Shown: positions 42,954 to 52,812 of the stretch, in pieces
Numbering within the stretch: position 1 is the first letter of the stretch
How the letters are laid out: every line of letters begins with the position of its first letter
Assembly (NCBI GenBank): GCA_035564115.1
Contig: DATMTN010000012.1
Location: 25,673 to 89,672 of the forward strand
DNA length: 64,000 bases
Origin: Candidatus Microsaccharimonas sp.
Lineage (GTDB): Bacteria; Patescibacteriota; Saccharimonadia; Saccharimonadales; UBA4665
Direction of reading: 5' to 3'
Translations under genes and position numbers: made by a program
The notes under the pieces: generated by a model
The model's database searches: none
The model's input: only the letters and a program-made list of their open reading frames with translations
Told to the model about the DNA's origin: nothing

Positions 42954-43544
42954 ATGAAAAAACTCAGTCAATCTGGTTTCACTATCGTTGAAACGTTACT
43001 TGTACTCATCCTTCTGGCCATCCTTGGCTTTACGGGCTTCTATGTCTACAATGCCCAGCACGATGCTAGTAAGTCGCTCGATGCGGCAAGTAAAACTGTA
43101 AACTCCGCCTCGACTGCGCAGTCTCAAAAGAAGGCTGATTCGACGAGCAGTCAAAGTAATGTTAAGTACCTGGATATCAAGGAGTGGGGTGTAAAATTCC
43201 CATACACGAGCACGGACACTCTTTCGTATGTGCTTCACACGGATGCTCCCACCAAGTTTGCTGCCATAGTGTCGGCGAATGAGGCGACTAACTTCCCGGG
43301 TTGCTCAACATGGGGTGCCGGTTCTATTGACCGCGGATTTGCCACCGACGGGTACTACGATACGACGATTGCCGATGAGTACCGACAGAACCCGGGTGCT
43401 TTCACTAAACTAGGTGACTATTATTACTACTACGGACATGACCAAGCGGCATGTGCCCAGAACCCAACTGCAGCAGCTGCCGAAGCTCAAGGTAGCGCCA
43501 GCGATTTAGTAAAAGCTATCGTTCCGAAGGTCCAGGCTGATTAA
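42954..43544 (+). CDS. Type IV pilin-like protein
   Basis: Class III signal MKKLSQSG/FTIVETLLVLILLAILGF with Glu5. A C-terminal Cys pair is present. Confidence 0.75.
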   Translation: MKKLSQSGFTIVETLLVLILLAILGFTGFYVYNAQHDASKSLDAASKTVNSASTAQSQKKADSTSSQSNVKYLDIKEWGVKFPYTSTDTLSYVLHTDAPTKFAAIVSANEATNFPGCSTWGAGSIDRGFATDGYYDTTIADEYRQNPGAFTKLGDYYYYYGHDQAACAQNPTAAAAEAQGSASDLVKAIVPKVQAD

Positions 43545-44137
43545 TGCGGGCTCGGAATCAAACAGGCTTTGCAGTAGTAGAGACACTACTGGTACTAGTC
43601 ATTATCGCCATGGTTGCTGGCACCGCCTACTTCGTCTGGCATGCTCAACGCAATGCTGATGCGTCGCTCAATGCGGCAAACAGTTCGGCGTCTAAGATAG
43701 TTAAGTCAAATAAACCAACCGCTCAAGGTGAAGGTGGCCCGGGACTTAGCAATTCCCAGCAATACCTCACGATTAAGGAATGGGGCGTCCGGATGAAGCT
43801 TAATGCAAGCCAGTCCAGCTTGTATTACAAGGTTAGCGACAGTACACCGAACATAATCTACCTGTCGTTCAGAACAATTACAGCCGTGGCGCCTGATTGT
43901 ACGGAACTGGCGGCAGTTTCACGGCTCACGCAAGCCGAACAAGCTAGCGCAACAGCACAGCCGAGTGACATGAACGCGCCCGGTTCAATAAAAATCGATA
44001 GTTATTGGTACGGATATGAGCATTCGCACGCAGATTGTACTGATGGCACAGACGCTATGCGCGCGGCAGTTGAAAAAGCACAACCATCAAGCAGTTCAGA
44101 TCTCTACTCTATCTTTAAGACACTGGAGGCAGTATAA
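43544..44137 (+). CDS. Type IV pilin-like protein
   Basis: Class III signal MRARNQTG/FAVVETLLVLVIIAMVAG. It shares the YL.IKEWGV block with the preceding pilin and has a Cys pair. Confidence 0.75.
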   Translation: MRARNQTGFAVVETLLVLVIIAMVAGTAYFVWHAQRNADASLNAANSSASKIVKSNKPTAQGEGGPGLSNSQQYLTIKEWGVRMKLNASQSSLYYKVSDSTPNIIYLSFRTITAVAPDCTELAAVSRLTQAEQASATAQPSDMNAPGSIKIDSYWYGYEHSHADCTDGTDAMRAAVEKAQPSSSSDLYSIFKTLEAV

Positions 44138-44140
44138 AGT

Positions 44141-44689
44141 ATGAGTCACAATAATCATCAATCTGGCTTCGCGGCCATCGAAGCAGTACTCATTCTAGTA
44201 ATCGTGGCAATGCTCGCCGGTACCGGTTACTATGTCTGGCACGCCCGACAAGCGACTAACCGATCGCTGGAACAAGCGGCAAAGTCCACTCAACAGAAAG
44301 TCACCGCATCTGTGAAGCCGGATACGACCGCTCAAAAGATCAAAGACTCGAAAGAAGCTTCCGGCTTCGTTACAAAAACATACGTGACATACGCTACGTC
44401 TTTAAATACGACCCACAATGCCTCGACAGCTCTTAATGTAGTCAAAAACGACCTGAGCGACCAACTTTTCGTGACGTTACTTGGCAAAAGCGGTAGCTCT
44501 GACCCGCTGCTTTGCGACCAGACGGTGGCCAATCCAACTACTATTGCAGTGATTTCGGTCATACCGTCAGCTACTGTTATTGGTACTAGCATAGAGCTGA
44601 GCGGTGACTATGCAGGCAGAGACGCGCCCACCATACAGGCTAACTACAATATCTCAACGCACAAAATTACTGACATAATCTGTCCGTAA
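44141..44689 (+). CDS. Type IV pilin-like protein
   Basis: Class III signal [28 protein letters not shown] Cys pair is present (LLCDQ...DIICP). Confidence 0.7.
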   Translation: MSHNNHQSGFAAIEAVLILVIVAMLAGTGYYVWHARQATNRSLEQAAKSTQQKVTASVKPDTTAQKIKDSKEASGFVTKTYVTYATSLNTTHNASTALNVVKNDLSDQLFVTLLGKSGSSDPLLCDQTVANPTTIAVISVIPSATVIGTSIELSGDYAGRDAPTIQANYNISTHKITDIICP

Positions 44690-44721
44690 CCCTACTAAGC
44701 AAAGCTTGCTACAATATAAGG

Positions 44722-46686
44722 ATGGCTAAGTTTGAGCTATCTTCTGACTATTCCCCAATGGGGGACCAGCCTGGCGCTATTAAGCAGCTAACTGCTGGTG
44801 TGGAGGCGGGCCTGCGTGACCAGGCATTGCTGGGCGTGACTGGTTCTGGTAAGACGTTTACCATGGCGAACATTATCCAGAATACGCAGAAGCCGACACT
44901 GGTTCTGAGTCACAACAAGACGCTTGCCGCTCAGCTGTATAGCGAGTTTAAGAACTTCTTTCCGAACAATGCCGTTCATTATTTCGTCAGCTATTTCGAC
45001 TACTATCAGCCAGAAGCCTACATTGCCCGGAGTGATGTCTATATCGAGAAAGATAGCCAGATAAATGAGGAAATTGACCGACTACGACATGCTGCGACGG
45101 ATGCGCTGCTGACACGCCGGGATGTGATCATTGTGGCTAGTGTGAGCTGCATCTACGGTATCGGTTCGCCTGGTGACTACAATGATTTGGCCGTGAAAGT
45201 GCGGAAGGGCGAACGCCGGGTGCGTGACAAGCTGCTGCGCCAACTCACGGACATTCAGTATGCTCGCAACGATGTCGACTTTCACCGTGGTACGTTCCGG
45301 GTGCGCGGTGATGTCGTGGATGTCTTCCCGGCTGGTGAGGAAATGGCCTATCGGATAGAGCTGTTCGGGGATGAGATCGACCGGATCACCCAAGTTGATC
45401 CGCTGACGGGCGAGGTGCTAAAGAGCCTGGACCAGCTGACTATCTTCCCGAGTAGTCACTACGTAACACCGCAGGACAAATTGAAGGTGGCGCTCGGCAG
45501 TATCGAAGAAGAGATGCAGCAGCGTGTCCGACAGTTTAAGAGCGAAAATAAATTGATCGAAGCCCAGCGCATCGAGCAGCGCACCCGGTTTGATCTGGAA
45601 ATGCTGCAGGAAACAGGCTTTGTGAAAGGTATTGAGAACTATAGTCGCTACCTGACCGACCGCGAACCAGGGGAGCAACCAGCGACATTGCTCGACTACT
45701 ACCCAGATGATTTCCTGATGCTGATCGACGAGTCGCACATGACGATTCCGCAAGTCCGTGCTATGTACAGCGGCGATCGGGCGCGCAAGGAATCGCTGGT
45801 GGAGTATGGCTTCCGTTTGCCAAGTGCCCTGGACAACCGGCCACTGACCTTCACGGAGTTCGAGAAGCATGTCAACCAAGCAGTCTATGTCAGTGCCACC
45901 CCCGCTGAATACGAGCTGTCCCGGAGCCCAGAACCGGCTCAACAAGTTATTCGGCCGACCGGTCTGCTGGATCCACCAATCGAAATTCGGCCGGTTGATG
46001 GGCAGGTCGATGACCTGATTGCTGAGATCCGCACCACCATTGCTAAGCATCAGCGCGTGCTGGTGACGACACTGACTAAGCGCATGTCCGAAGACCTGGC
46101 GGAATATCTAGAAGAGCTGAACATCAAGGTGGCCTACCTCCACAGTGATGTCGACACGCTGGACCGCACCGATATCCTGCGTGACCTGCGCCTGGGCGTC
46201 TACGACGTGCTGGTGGGCATTAACCTGTTGCGTGAAGGCCTCGACCTGCCAGAAGTCTCACTGGTAGCTATCCTCGATGCTGACAAGGAAGGCTTCTTGC
46301 GCTCCGAACAGGCCCTCATCCAGACCGTTGGCCGTGCCGCTCGGCATGTCGAGGGTCATGTGATCATGTACGCCAACAACATTACCAAGAGCATGCAGAA
46401 GACGATTGACGAGACAACCCGTCGTCGCAAGATTCAGGAAGCCTACAACACCGAGCACGGTATTACCCCGACCGGTATTAGCAAAGCTATCGAAAAGGGC
46501 ATGCGGCCCGACTTGCCCGAAGAGGCTAAGTCCGCCAAGCTGAACCTAAAGAAGATTCCAAAGGATGAGTATGCCAGCCTTATCAAAGACCTGACAGGCC
46601 AGATGGAATTAGCCGCTGCCAATCTACAGTTCGAAACCGCTGCCGAACTGCGTGACATTATCGACGATATCAAAAAGAAACTATAG
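44722..46686 (+). CDS. uvrB: Excinuclease ABC subunit B
   Basis: Walker [13 protein letters not shown], the helicase motifs and the C-terminal UVR domain are present. The ATG lies 6 nt after TGCTACAAT. Confidence 0.95.
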   Translation: MAKFELSSDYSPMGDQPGAIKQLTAGVEAGLRDQALLGVTGSGKTFTMANIIQNTQKPTLVLSHNKTLAAQLYSEFKNFFPNNAVHYFVSYFDYYQPEAYIARSDVYIEKDSQINEEIDRLRHAATDALLTRRDVIIVASVSCIYGIGSPGDYNDLAVKVRKGERRVRDKLLRQLTDIQYARNDVDFHRGTFRVRGDVVDVFPAGEEMAYRIELFGDEIDRITQVDPLTGEVLKSLDQLTIFPSSHYVTPQDKLKVALGSIEEEMQQRVRQFKSENKLIEAQRIEQRTRFDLEMLQETGFVKGIENYSRYLTDREPGEQPATLLDYYPDDFLMLIDESHMTIPQVRAMYSGDRARKESLVEYGFRLPSALDNRPLTFTEFEKHVNQAVYVSATPAEYELSRSPEPAQQVIRPTGLLDPPIEIRPVDGQVDDLIAEIRTTIAKHQRVLVTTLTKRMSEDLAEYLEELNIKVAYLHSDVDTLDRTDILRDLRLGVYDVLVGINLLREGLDLPEVSLVAILDADKEGFLRSEQALIQTVGRAARHVEGHVIMYANNITKSMQKTIDETTRRRKIQEAYNTEHGITPTGISKAIEKGMRPDLPEEAKSAKLNLKKIPKDEYASLIKDLTGQMELAAANLQFETAAELRDIIDDIKKKL

Positions 46687-46701
46687 GTAGGGCAGCGTCT
46701 C

Positions 46702-47832
46702 TTAGGCGACGAGCGATAGACTTGCACGGTGGCCGGCGAGCTTATCCGTAACGAGTGGTCGGGCCAATACATCGGCGATGGTCGAAGGCTCCGCGCCAAT
46801 ATCAAGTAATGCTTGAGCAGTCCAGACGCTCTGGGCACCATTTTCAACAACTTCACGGCGCATCAGAGCCATGTGACGGAGCTTTTCGCCAATAATTCGA
46901 CCATGGGGGCGCTGTCTTATCTGCGCTTCAAACTCATCATGATGGTTCAGACGATTCTTATTAAAGAAGTTAGCGATGATAACCTGTTCGTTGGGAATGT
47001 GTTTGACGAAACTGCCGGCTTCGCCAGCCCAAAGTGCCTTGCCGGAATGGATTTGAGCCAGCAGGTAGTTCGGCGTAACTCCCACAGTGTGGGCCATGGT
47101 ACAAAGGCGCTTCAAATACGCAATGGGTGACTCGTCGTCCCAGCGCTCTTTTATGCAATGCCCAAACTCTAAGACTTCATCAGCTAGGTCAAGCGGCGTG
47201 AGTTTCTGGAGTGTTTCACGCACGCCAGTTTGACGAGCTAGACAGGGATCTTGATGAAAACTGACAGGTACTTCTAGCCCGTATTCTGCGGCATAGGCCG
47301 ATATGCCGAAGGCGCCCATTGCTCCGCGTGACTTGCCCTCGAGTACGACGGCGCGATCATCATTCATCAGTTGTTCGCGACGATTAAAAGTATAGCCAAG
47401 GAGTAAGGTGGCAGCTTCGGCGTCTGCCGAGAGGCTACTCGGAAAAGCGGCTGCTTGGTTGAACCCAACGAGCGATACTTCGCTGCCGCCTGCAGCAATA
47501 CGGAGAGCATTGAGTGTGTTGAAGCCGTTTACGCGGGTGGCTAGCGCCGTCATCATACCGACTTTGGTGTCGTAGTTCTGATGGCTAGGCATGATGTCAC
47601 GTTTGATGTGCTGAGCCCCTGTATCGAGCGTAAAAACCGTCGTGAGCATCGAGCGGACTCCCGGATATGGATTGAGCTCAATAACGGGCTCGCTCCAGTC
47701 AACGACCTCCGGCTCATGATAGTGCAAGGTGTCCTCGACATGCTCGAGGTCAAAAAAACCCTCACTAACATGAGGGTTATGTAACTCTGTAACGTTTGTG
47801 ACCGATGGTTGTTCCCCGATGAGGGCAGTCAT
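46702..47832 (-). CDS. Hypothetical protein, possible alpha/beta hydrolase
   Basis: 376-aa ORF with a GxSxG-like element (GKSRG). No other motif was recognised. Confidence 0.4.
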   Translation of the reverse strand: MTALIGEQPSVTNVTELHNPHVSEGFFDLEHVEDTLHYHEPEVVDWSEPVIELNPYPGVRSMLTTVFTLDTGAQHIKRDIMPSHQNYDTKVGMMTALATRVNGFNTLNALRIAAGGSEVSLVGFNQAAAFPSSLSADAEAATLLLGYTFNRREQLMNDDRAVVLEGKSRGAMGAFGISAYAAEYGLEVPVSFHQDPCLARQTGVRETLQKLTPLDLADEVLEFGHCIKERWDDESPIAYLKRLCTMAHTVGVTPNYLLAQIHSGKALWAGEAGSFVKHIPNEQVIIANFFNKNRLNHHDEFEAQIRQRPHGRIIGEKLRHMALMRREVVENGAQSVWTAQALLDIGAEPSTIADVLARPLVTDKLAGHRASLSLVA

Positions 47833-48012
47833 TGTTTTTCTCCCGCGCTCGCTTATCGTGGAACGCTATCGTTATCGTATGCCCGCATAAGCACTTTGTA
47901 AAGAACTTTTTTGTAAGATTTCTTACAATTTGAAGGTCAGGACATAGTATGTGTAAAAAATGTTGATTCACCCCTAGCGCCCAGAACTCCACCAGTGGTA
48001 TACTGACATGAA

Positions 48013-48312
48013 ATGGCAGATCTTTCTCGTGATGATGTATTAAAATTGGCCCGTCTAGCTCGGTTGAGGCTAAGCGATGACGAGGTCGCACAGTATCAAG
48101 ACGAACTAACGGAAATCCTAAAATATGTCGAACAACTCGATTCTGTAGACGTTGCTGGTCTGGAGCCAACCAGCCAAGTGACTGGCCTGACGAATGTCAC
48201 TCGTGCCGACCAAGAAGTCAACTACGGTTACGAGGCATTGGAGTTACTAAAGAACGTGCCGCACGACCGCGTCGAGGATGACCTTATTAAAGTGAAAAGG
48301 ATGATCGGGTAG
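48013..48312 (+). CDS. gatC: Asp/Glu-tRNA amidotransferase subunit C
   Basis: The N-terminus LSRDDVLKLARLARLRLSDDEV is typical of GatC. Confidence 0.9.
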   Translation: MADLSRDDVLKLARLARLRLSDDEVAQYQDELTEILKYVEQLDSVDVAGLEPTSQVTGLTNVTRADQEVNYGYEALELLKNVPHDRVEDDLIKVKRMIG

Positions 48313-49737
48313 ATGAGTCAGTGGTTGGCCATTGCTGATATCGCTGCGAAAGTGCAGGCGGGCGAGTTAAAGGCCGTGGACCTCGTCGAGCAGTCGCTCA
48401 AGACTATTACCGACCAGGCCGAATATCAGGCTATCATTGCCACGCTCGATGCCAAAGCTCGCGCTCGCGCCGAAGACATAGATGGACGCGTGGCCCAGGG
48501 CGAGCAAGTCGGCAGACTCGCTGGTGTGCCATTTATCGCGAAGGATAACTTCCTGGTGTTTGGTTCCGACACGACTGCCGCCAGTAATATCTTGAAAGGC
48601 TTTGACGCACCCTACCAGTCAACGGCTATTAATCGTCTGGAGGCTGAGGGCGCTATTTGCGTGGCCAAGGCCAATCTCGATGCGTTTGCCCACGGCTCGA
48701 GTACCGAGAACTCTGACTTCTTTACAACCAAGAATCCCCATGACATGGAGCGGGTGCCAGGCGGTTCATCGGGCGGCTCAGCTGCCGCAGTGATGTTAGA
48801 TATGGCGCCCTTTGCACTAGGTACTGACACGGGTGGCTCAATTCGCCTGCCGGCCAGCTTTACTGGTGCCGTCGGGTATAAGCCAACGTATGGTCTTGTC
48901 AGCCGCAGTGGTGTGGTTGCCATGGCAAGTAGCCTGGATGTCGTCGGTCCTATAACTCGCACTGTTGCGGACTCGGCAATCGTCCTCGACGTGATGAGCG
49001 GGGTTGACGCGCTCGACAGTACCACGATTGCTAAGGATGAAGCTGGCTACAGCACACTGAGCGGCTCACTGCAGGGCAAAAAAGTTGGTGTTATCAAGGA
49101 GTACATGGGTGAGGGGTTGGAGGCCGGTGTCAAGGCGTGTATCGAGGCCGCTATCGACAAGCTGAAGGCTGCCGGCGCGGAAATAACAGAGGTAAGCTTA
49201 CCGACGCTGCCTGCTGCACTTGCCGTTTATTACATCATCTGTCCAGCTGAAGTAAGCAGCAACTTGGCTCGCTACGATGGTCAGAAGTATGGCTTTAGCC
49301 TGGAAAATCCAGCCAATCTGGAAGACAGCTATAGCGGCACCCGTGACGAGGGCTTTGGCGCCGAGGCCAAGCGTCGCATCATGATCGGCACGTATGTGCT
49401 GAGCAGTGGCTACTATGACGCGTATTACAAGAAAGCACAGACCGTTCGCACTAAGCTCATAAATGAATTTGCCCAGGCATTTGACTCAGTCGACTTGCTG
49501 CTTGGCCCAACGGCACCAGAAGTAGCATTCAAAATTGGCGAGAATAGTGCAGACCCTCTGAAGATGTACCTGACAGACATTATGACCGTGGCCGCCAACT
49601 TGGCTGGCGTACCAGCAGTGAGCATCCCGGCTGGCACGAGTCAGGAGCTGCCGGTTGGCTTGCAGCTCATGGCACCACAGCGCGCTGACCGCGCACTACT
49701 CGAAGCTGCTCAGGCGGCAGAAGGGATCGTAGTATGA
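48313..49737 (+). CDS. gatA: Asp/Glu-tRNA amidotransferase subunit A
   Basis: Amidase signature GGSSGGSAAAV...GTDTGGSIR. Confidence 0.95.
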   Translation: MSQWLAIADIAAKVQAGELKAVDLVEQSLKTITDQAEYQAIIATLDAKARARAEDIDGRVAQGEQVGRLAGVPFIAKDNFLVFGSDTTAASNILKGFDAPYQSTAINRLEAEGAICVAKANLDAFAHGSSTENSDFFTTKNPHDMERVPGGSSGGSAAAVMLDMAPFALGTDTGGSIRLPASFTGAVGYKPTYGLVSRSGVVAMASSLDVVGPITRTVADSAIVLDVMSGVDALDSTTIAKDEAGYSTLSGSLQGKKVGVIKEYMGEGLEAGVKACIEAAIDKLKAAGAEITEVSLPTLPAALAVYYIICPAEVSSNLARYDGQKYGFSLENPANLEDSYSGTRDEGFGAEAKRRIMIGTYVLSSGYYDAYYKKAQTVRTKLINEFAQAFDSVDLLLGPTAPEVAFKIGENSADPLKMYLTDIMTVAANLAGVPAVSIPAGTSQELPVGLQLMAPQRADRALLEAAQAAEGIVV

Positions 49738-50153
49738 TGGACGTCACGAGTACGACTATCGCCGTGATTGCCGCTGGTGCAATACTGGTGGTGGCTAGCG
49801 GTGGTGGCTGGTTCGTTCGTCGCCGTCCGCACAAACTGAACCGTGAAGAGTTCAATAGCAAGTGGCAGGCTGCGCAGGGCCTCTGCGCCAAGGAAGATAC
49901 CTGGCCGCTGGCGGTTATTAATGCCGACAAACTACTCGACGAAGCTCTGAAAAAGCTAAAGTATCGCGGCAAGACGATGGGTGAGCGTATGGTGGCTGCG
50001 CAACACGAAATTCAGGATAACGACAGTATGTGGTTTGGCCACAAACTACGTAATAAGCTAGTCCATGAAGATATGAAGAAGCTGAAGAAGAAGGACGTCA
50101 TGACGGCTCTGATCGGCCTCCGTGAAGCCCTAAAAGACCTGGGAGCGCTCTAG
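49734..50153 (+). CDS. TM-anchored small helical protein with an Rx4H (HEPN-like) motif, inserted between gatA and gatB
   Basis: 139 aa. It has an N-terminal TM helix (IAVIAAGAILVVASGGGWF) followed by RRRPHK. The roughly 105-aa helical domain ends ...WFGHKLRNKLVHEDM. It overlaps gatA by ATGA, and gatB starts immediately after its stop. Confidence 0.55.
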   Translation: MMDVTSTTIAVIAAGAILVVASGGGWFVRRRPHKLNREEFNSKWQAAQGLCAKEDTWPLAVINADKLLDEALKKLKYRGKTMGERMVAAQHEIQDNDSMWFGHKLRNKLVHEDMKKLKKKDVMTALIGLREALKDLGAL

Positions 50154-51602
50154 ATGATTACTGACGAACTCCGTAAGCAATATAAAGTGACAATCGGTAT
50201 TGAGTGTCATGTGCAGTTCAAGACGAAGACGAAGCTCTTTAGTGCTGCCGATAATGATGCCCGCGAAGCAGCACCAAATACTCTGGTAAGCCACATTGAT
50301 ATGGGCCTGCCCGGTGCTTTGCCGGTACTGAACGCCGAAGCAGTGGAACTGGCCTGTCGAGCGGCTTTTGCCCTGGGTACGACGCCCCAGAAGTTTAGTA
50401 AGTTTGATCGCAAGCACTACTTTTATCCAGACTTGCCGATGGGCTATCAGATTACCCAGTATGATCAGCCAATCATTCTCGGTGGTGAAATTGCTATCGA
50501 AGTTGCCGGTGAGCCCAAGCTTATTCATATCACCCGCGCCCACATGGAAGCCGATGCCGGTAAATCGACTCACCCTGCCGGCAAGGATTACAGTTTGGTT
50601 GACCTCAATCGCGCCGGTACGCCGCTGCTCGAGATCGTCAGTGAGCCGGAAATGCACAGCGCAGCCGACGCCAAAGCCTATGCCAAGGAACTTTACCTGC
50701 GCATGAAGTATGCTGACGTGTCGTATGCGAACCTCTACTACGGAAACATGCGCTTCGACGTGAACGTGAGCGTGAGCAAGACGGATGAGATGGGTACGCG
50801 TACTGAAACCAAAAACCTGAACTCTTTCCGCAGCGTCGAGAAAGCCGTGCTCTATGAAGTTGATCGTCAGATTGAGGAGCTCGAAAAGGGCAACGCGATC
50901 GTCCAGGAAACTCGTGGGTGGGACGATGCTAAGCAGAAGACCATTAGTCAGCGTACCAAGGAAAATGCTGACGACTACCGGTATATGCCGGACCCCGACC
51001 TGCCGCCAATCGTCCTGGATGACGAATTTATCAATAAGATTAAAGCCGAAATGCCCGCTGTTCCTGATGACTATCGCAAGATTCTCGCCGATATCGGTGT
51101 AGACGCTAAAACTGCCAGCGATATTATTGCCGTGCCAGAGACTGCTATGACCGTCAAACGCGTCTACGAGACTGCAGATGCGTCACATGCCAAGCGCGTC
51201 GCTTTCTGGCTGTTACAACCGCAATCCGATGACGAGGACTCTACTGAAGACACGGCAGAGGTGGTAAATGTCGACGCGCAGTTGATTAAGCTATCGCAGA
51301 TGGTGGCCGATAACAAGCTCAGCTCCACTGCCGCCAAAGAGGTACTTGCAGAAGTGCTCAAGACTGGTGCCGATCCTGAGCAGGTTGCCGAAGACAAGAA
51401 CCTTGTCCAGGTATCCGATGAAGGTGCCATCATTGCCATCGTTGACCAAGTCCTGACCGACAATGCACAGGCTGCCGAAGACGTGAAGAATGGCGAGATG
51501 AAAGCCATTGGTTTCCTGGTCGGCCAAGTTATGAAGGCTAGCCAAGGCAAGGCCAACCCAGCCATGGCCCAGCAACTTATCAAAAAACAATTGGGGGTAT
51601 AG
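50154..51602 (+). CDS. gatB: Asp/Glu-tRNA amidotransferase subunit B
   Basis: Matches the GatB pattern (IGIECHVQ, GLPGALPVLN). The YqeY-like C-terminal tail is present. Confidence 0.95.
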   Translation: MITDELRKQYKVTIGIECHVQFKTKTKLFSAADNDAREAAPNTLVSHIDMGLPGALPVLNAEAVELACRAAFALGTTPQKFSKFDRKHYFYPDLPMGYQITQYDQPIILGGEIAIEVAGEPKLIHITRAHMEADAGKSTHPAGKDYSLVDLNRAGTPLLEIVSEPEMHSAADAKAYAKELYLRMKYADVSYANLYYGNMRFDVNVSVSKTDEMGTRTETKNLNSFRSVEKAVLYEVDRQIEELEKGNAIVQETRGWDDAKQKTISQRTKENADDYRYMPDPDLPPIVLDDEFINKIKAEMPAVPDDYRKILADIGVDAKTASDIIAVPETAMTVKRVYETADASHAKRVAFWLLQPQSDDEDSTEDTAEVVNVDAQLIKLSQMVADNKLSSTAAKEVLAEVLKTGADPEQVAEDKNLVQVSDEGAIIAIVDQVLTDNAQAAEDVKNGEMKAIGFLVGQVMKASQGKANPAMAQQLIKKQLGV

Positions 51603-51604
51603 TC

Positions 51605-52507
51605 ATGAATAGGCCAAAAGTTACTAAAGCCGTCATCGCCGCCGCCGGTTTTGGTACACGCTTTTTGCCGCAGACCAAGGCCATGCCGAAGGAAATGCTG
51701 CCAATTGTCGATAAGCCAATCATCCAGTATATCGTCGAAGATCTGGTGGCGGCGGGTATTCAGGATATCATCATCGTGGGGAGTAGCAACAAGCGGTCGA
51801 TAGAGGATCACTTCGATACCCCAAGTGAAGACTTACTCGTAAATTTGCGCGCCGGTGGGGCAAAAAAACAACCATATATTGATGAGATCAATGATGTGGC
51901 CAATCTGGCTAACTTTATCTATGTTCGCCAAAAAGGCCCCTACGGCACCGGTACGCCCATCCTAAATGTCGCTCACCTCCTTGGCAATGAGCCGTTTATT
52001 TACGCTTTTGCCGATGACTTGACGATTGGGAAACCCCAGAATATCTTTCAGCAAATGATTGCCTGTTACGAAGAGTTTGGTGGTCACGTGTTACCCTCGG
52101 TGCGTCTCAGTGATCCAAAAGCATATGATATGTACGGAGTGCTTGGCGGCGAGGCAGTACGCGATGACGTGCTGAAGGTGACGGATATTGTCGAGAAACC
52201 TGGTGCCGACAAGGCACCGTCTAACTTTGCGGCTGTGACGGGCTACCTGTTCTTGCCCAGCGTCATCCCCTATGTGGAAGCGGCGGCGGGCACCATTGAA
52301 GAAGGTACCGAATTCTATGTCACGACCAAGGTGATTGATCCGATGTTGGCGGACGGTGAGGAGTTCTACGGCTTTGAGATCAAGGGTGATCGTTATGACA
52401 CCGGTGACAAGCTTGAGTATGTGAAAACTGTGGTTGATTTCGCGCTGCAGCGAGAGGATATCGGGCCAGCATTACGTGATCATTTGCAGCAGAAACTCGC
52501 AGAGTAA
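51605..52507 (+). CDS. galU: UTP--glucose-1-phosphate uridylyltransferase
   Basis: Motif AAAGFGTRFLPQTKAMPKEMLPIVDKP. Confidence 0.85.
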   Translation: MNRPKVTKAVIAAAGFGTRFLPQTKAMPKEMLPIVDKPIIQYIVEDLVAAGIQDIIIVGSSNKRSIEDHFDTPSEDLLVNLRAGGAKKQPYIDEINDVANLANFIYVRQKGPYGTGTPILNVAHLLGNEPFIYAFADDLTIGKPQNIFQQMIACYEEFGGHVLPSVRLSDPKAYDMYGVLGGEAVRDDVLKVTDIVEKPGADKAPSNFAAVTGYLFLPSVIPYVEAAAGTIEEGTEFYVTTKVIDPMLADGEEFYGFEIKGDRYDTGDKLEYVKTVVDFALQREDIGPALRDHLQQKLAE

Positions 52508-52552
52508 GAATCCTAACTTGCAGGGGTAGCGGAGCGGTGTCATACTAAGTGT

Positions 52553-52810
52553 ATGAATACAGCTGAACAAATCCTCGTCATTATTACGTCGTCACTGCTA
52601 GCGATCAGTCTGCTCCTAAGTATCGTGGTACTTATAGTTGTGCTCAGACTGGTTGCGACCATCAAGCGAATTGCCGCCAAGGGTGAGCAGGTTATAGATT
52701 CGGCGGAGGCTGCTGCTGAGACGTTTGCTCGCGCAGCGGGTCCCCTCGGCGTGCTGAAGTCTATTGTGAATATTGTCGACTCTGTAAATAAGCACAAGAG
52801 GGGGAAGTAG
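52553..52810 (+). CDS. Small membrane protein (hypothetical)
   Basis: 85 aa with one long hydrophobic helix. The ATG lies 6 nt after TGTCATACT. Confidence 0.4.
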   Translation: MNTAEQILVIITSSLLAISLLLSIVVLIVVLRLVATIKRIAAKGEQVIDSAEAAAETFARAAGPLGVLKSIVNIVDSVNKHKRGK

Positions 52811-52812
52811 TT

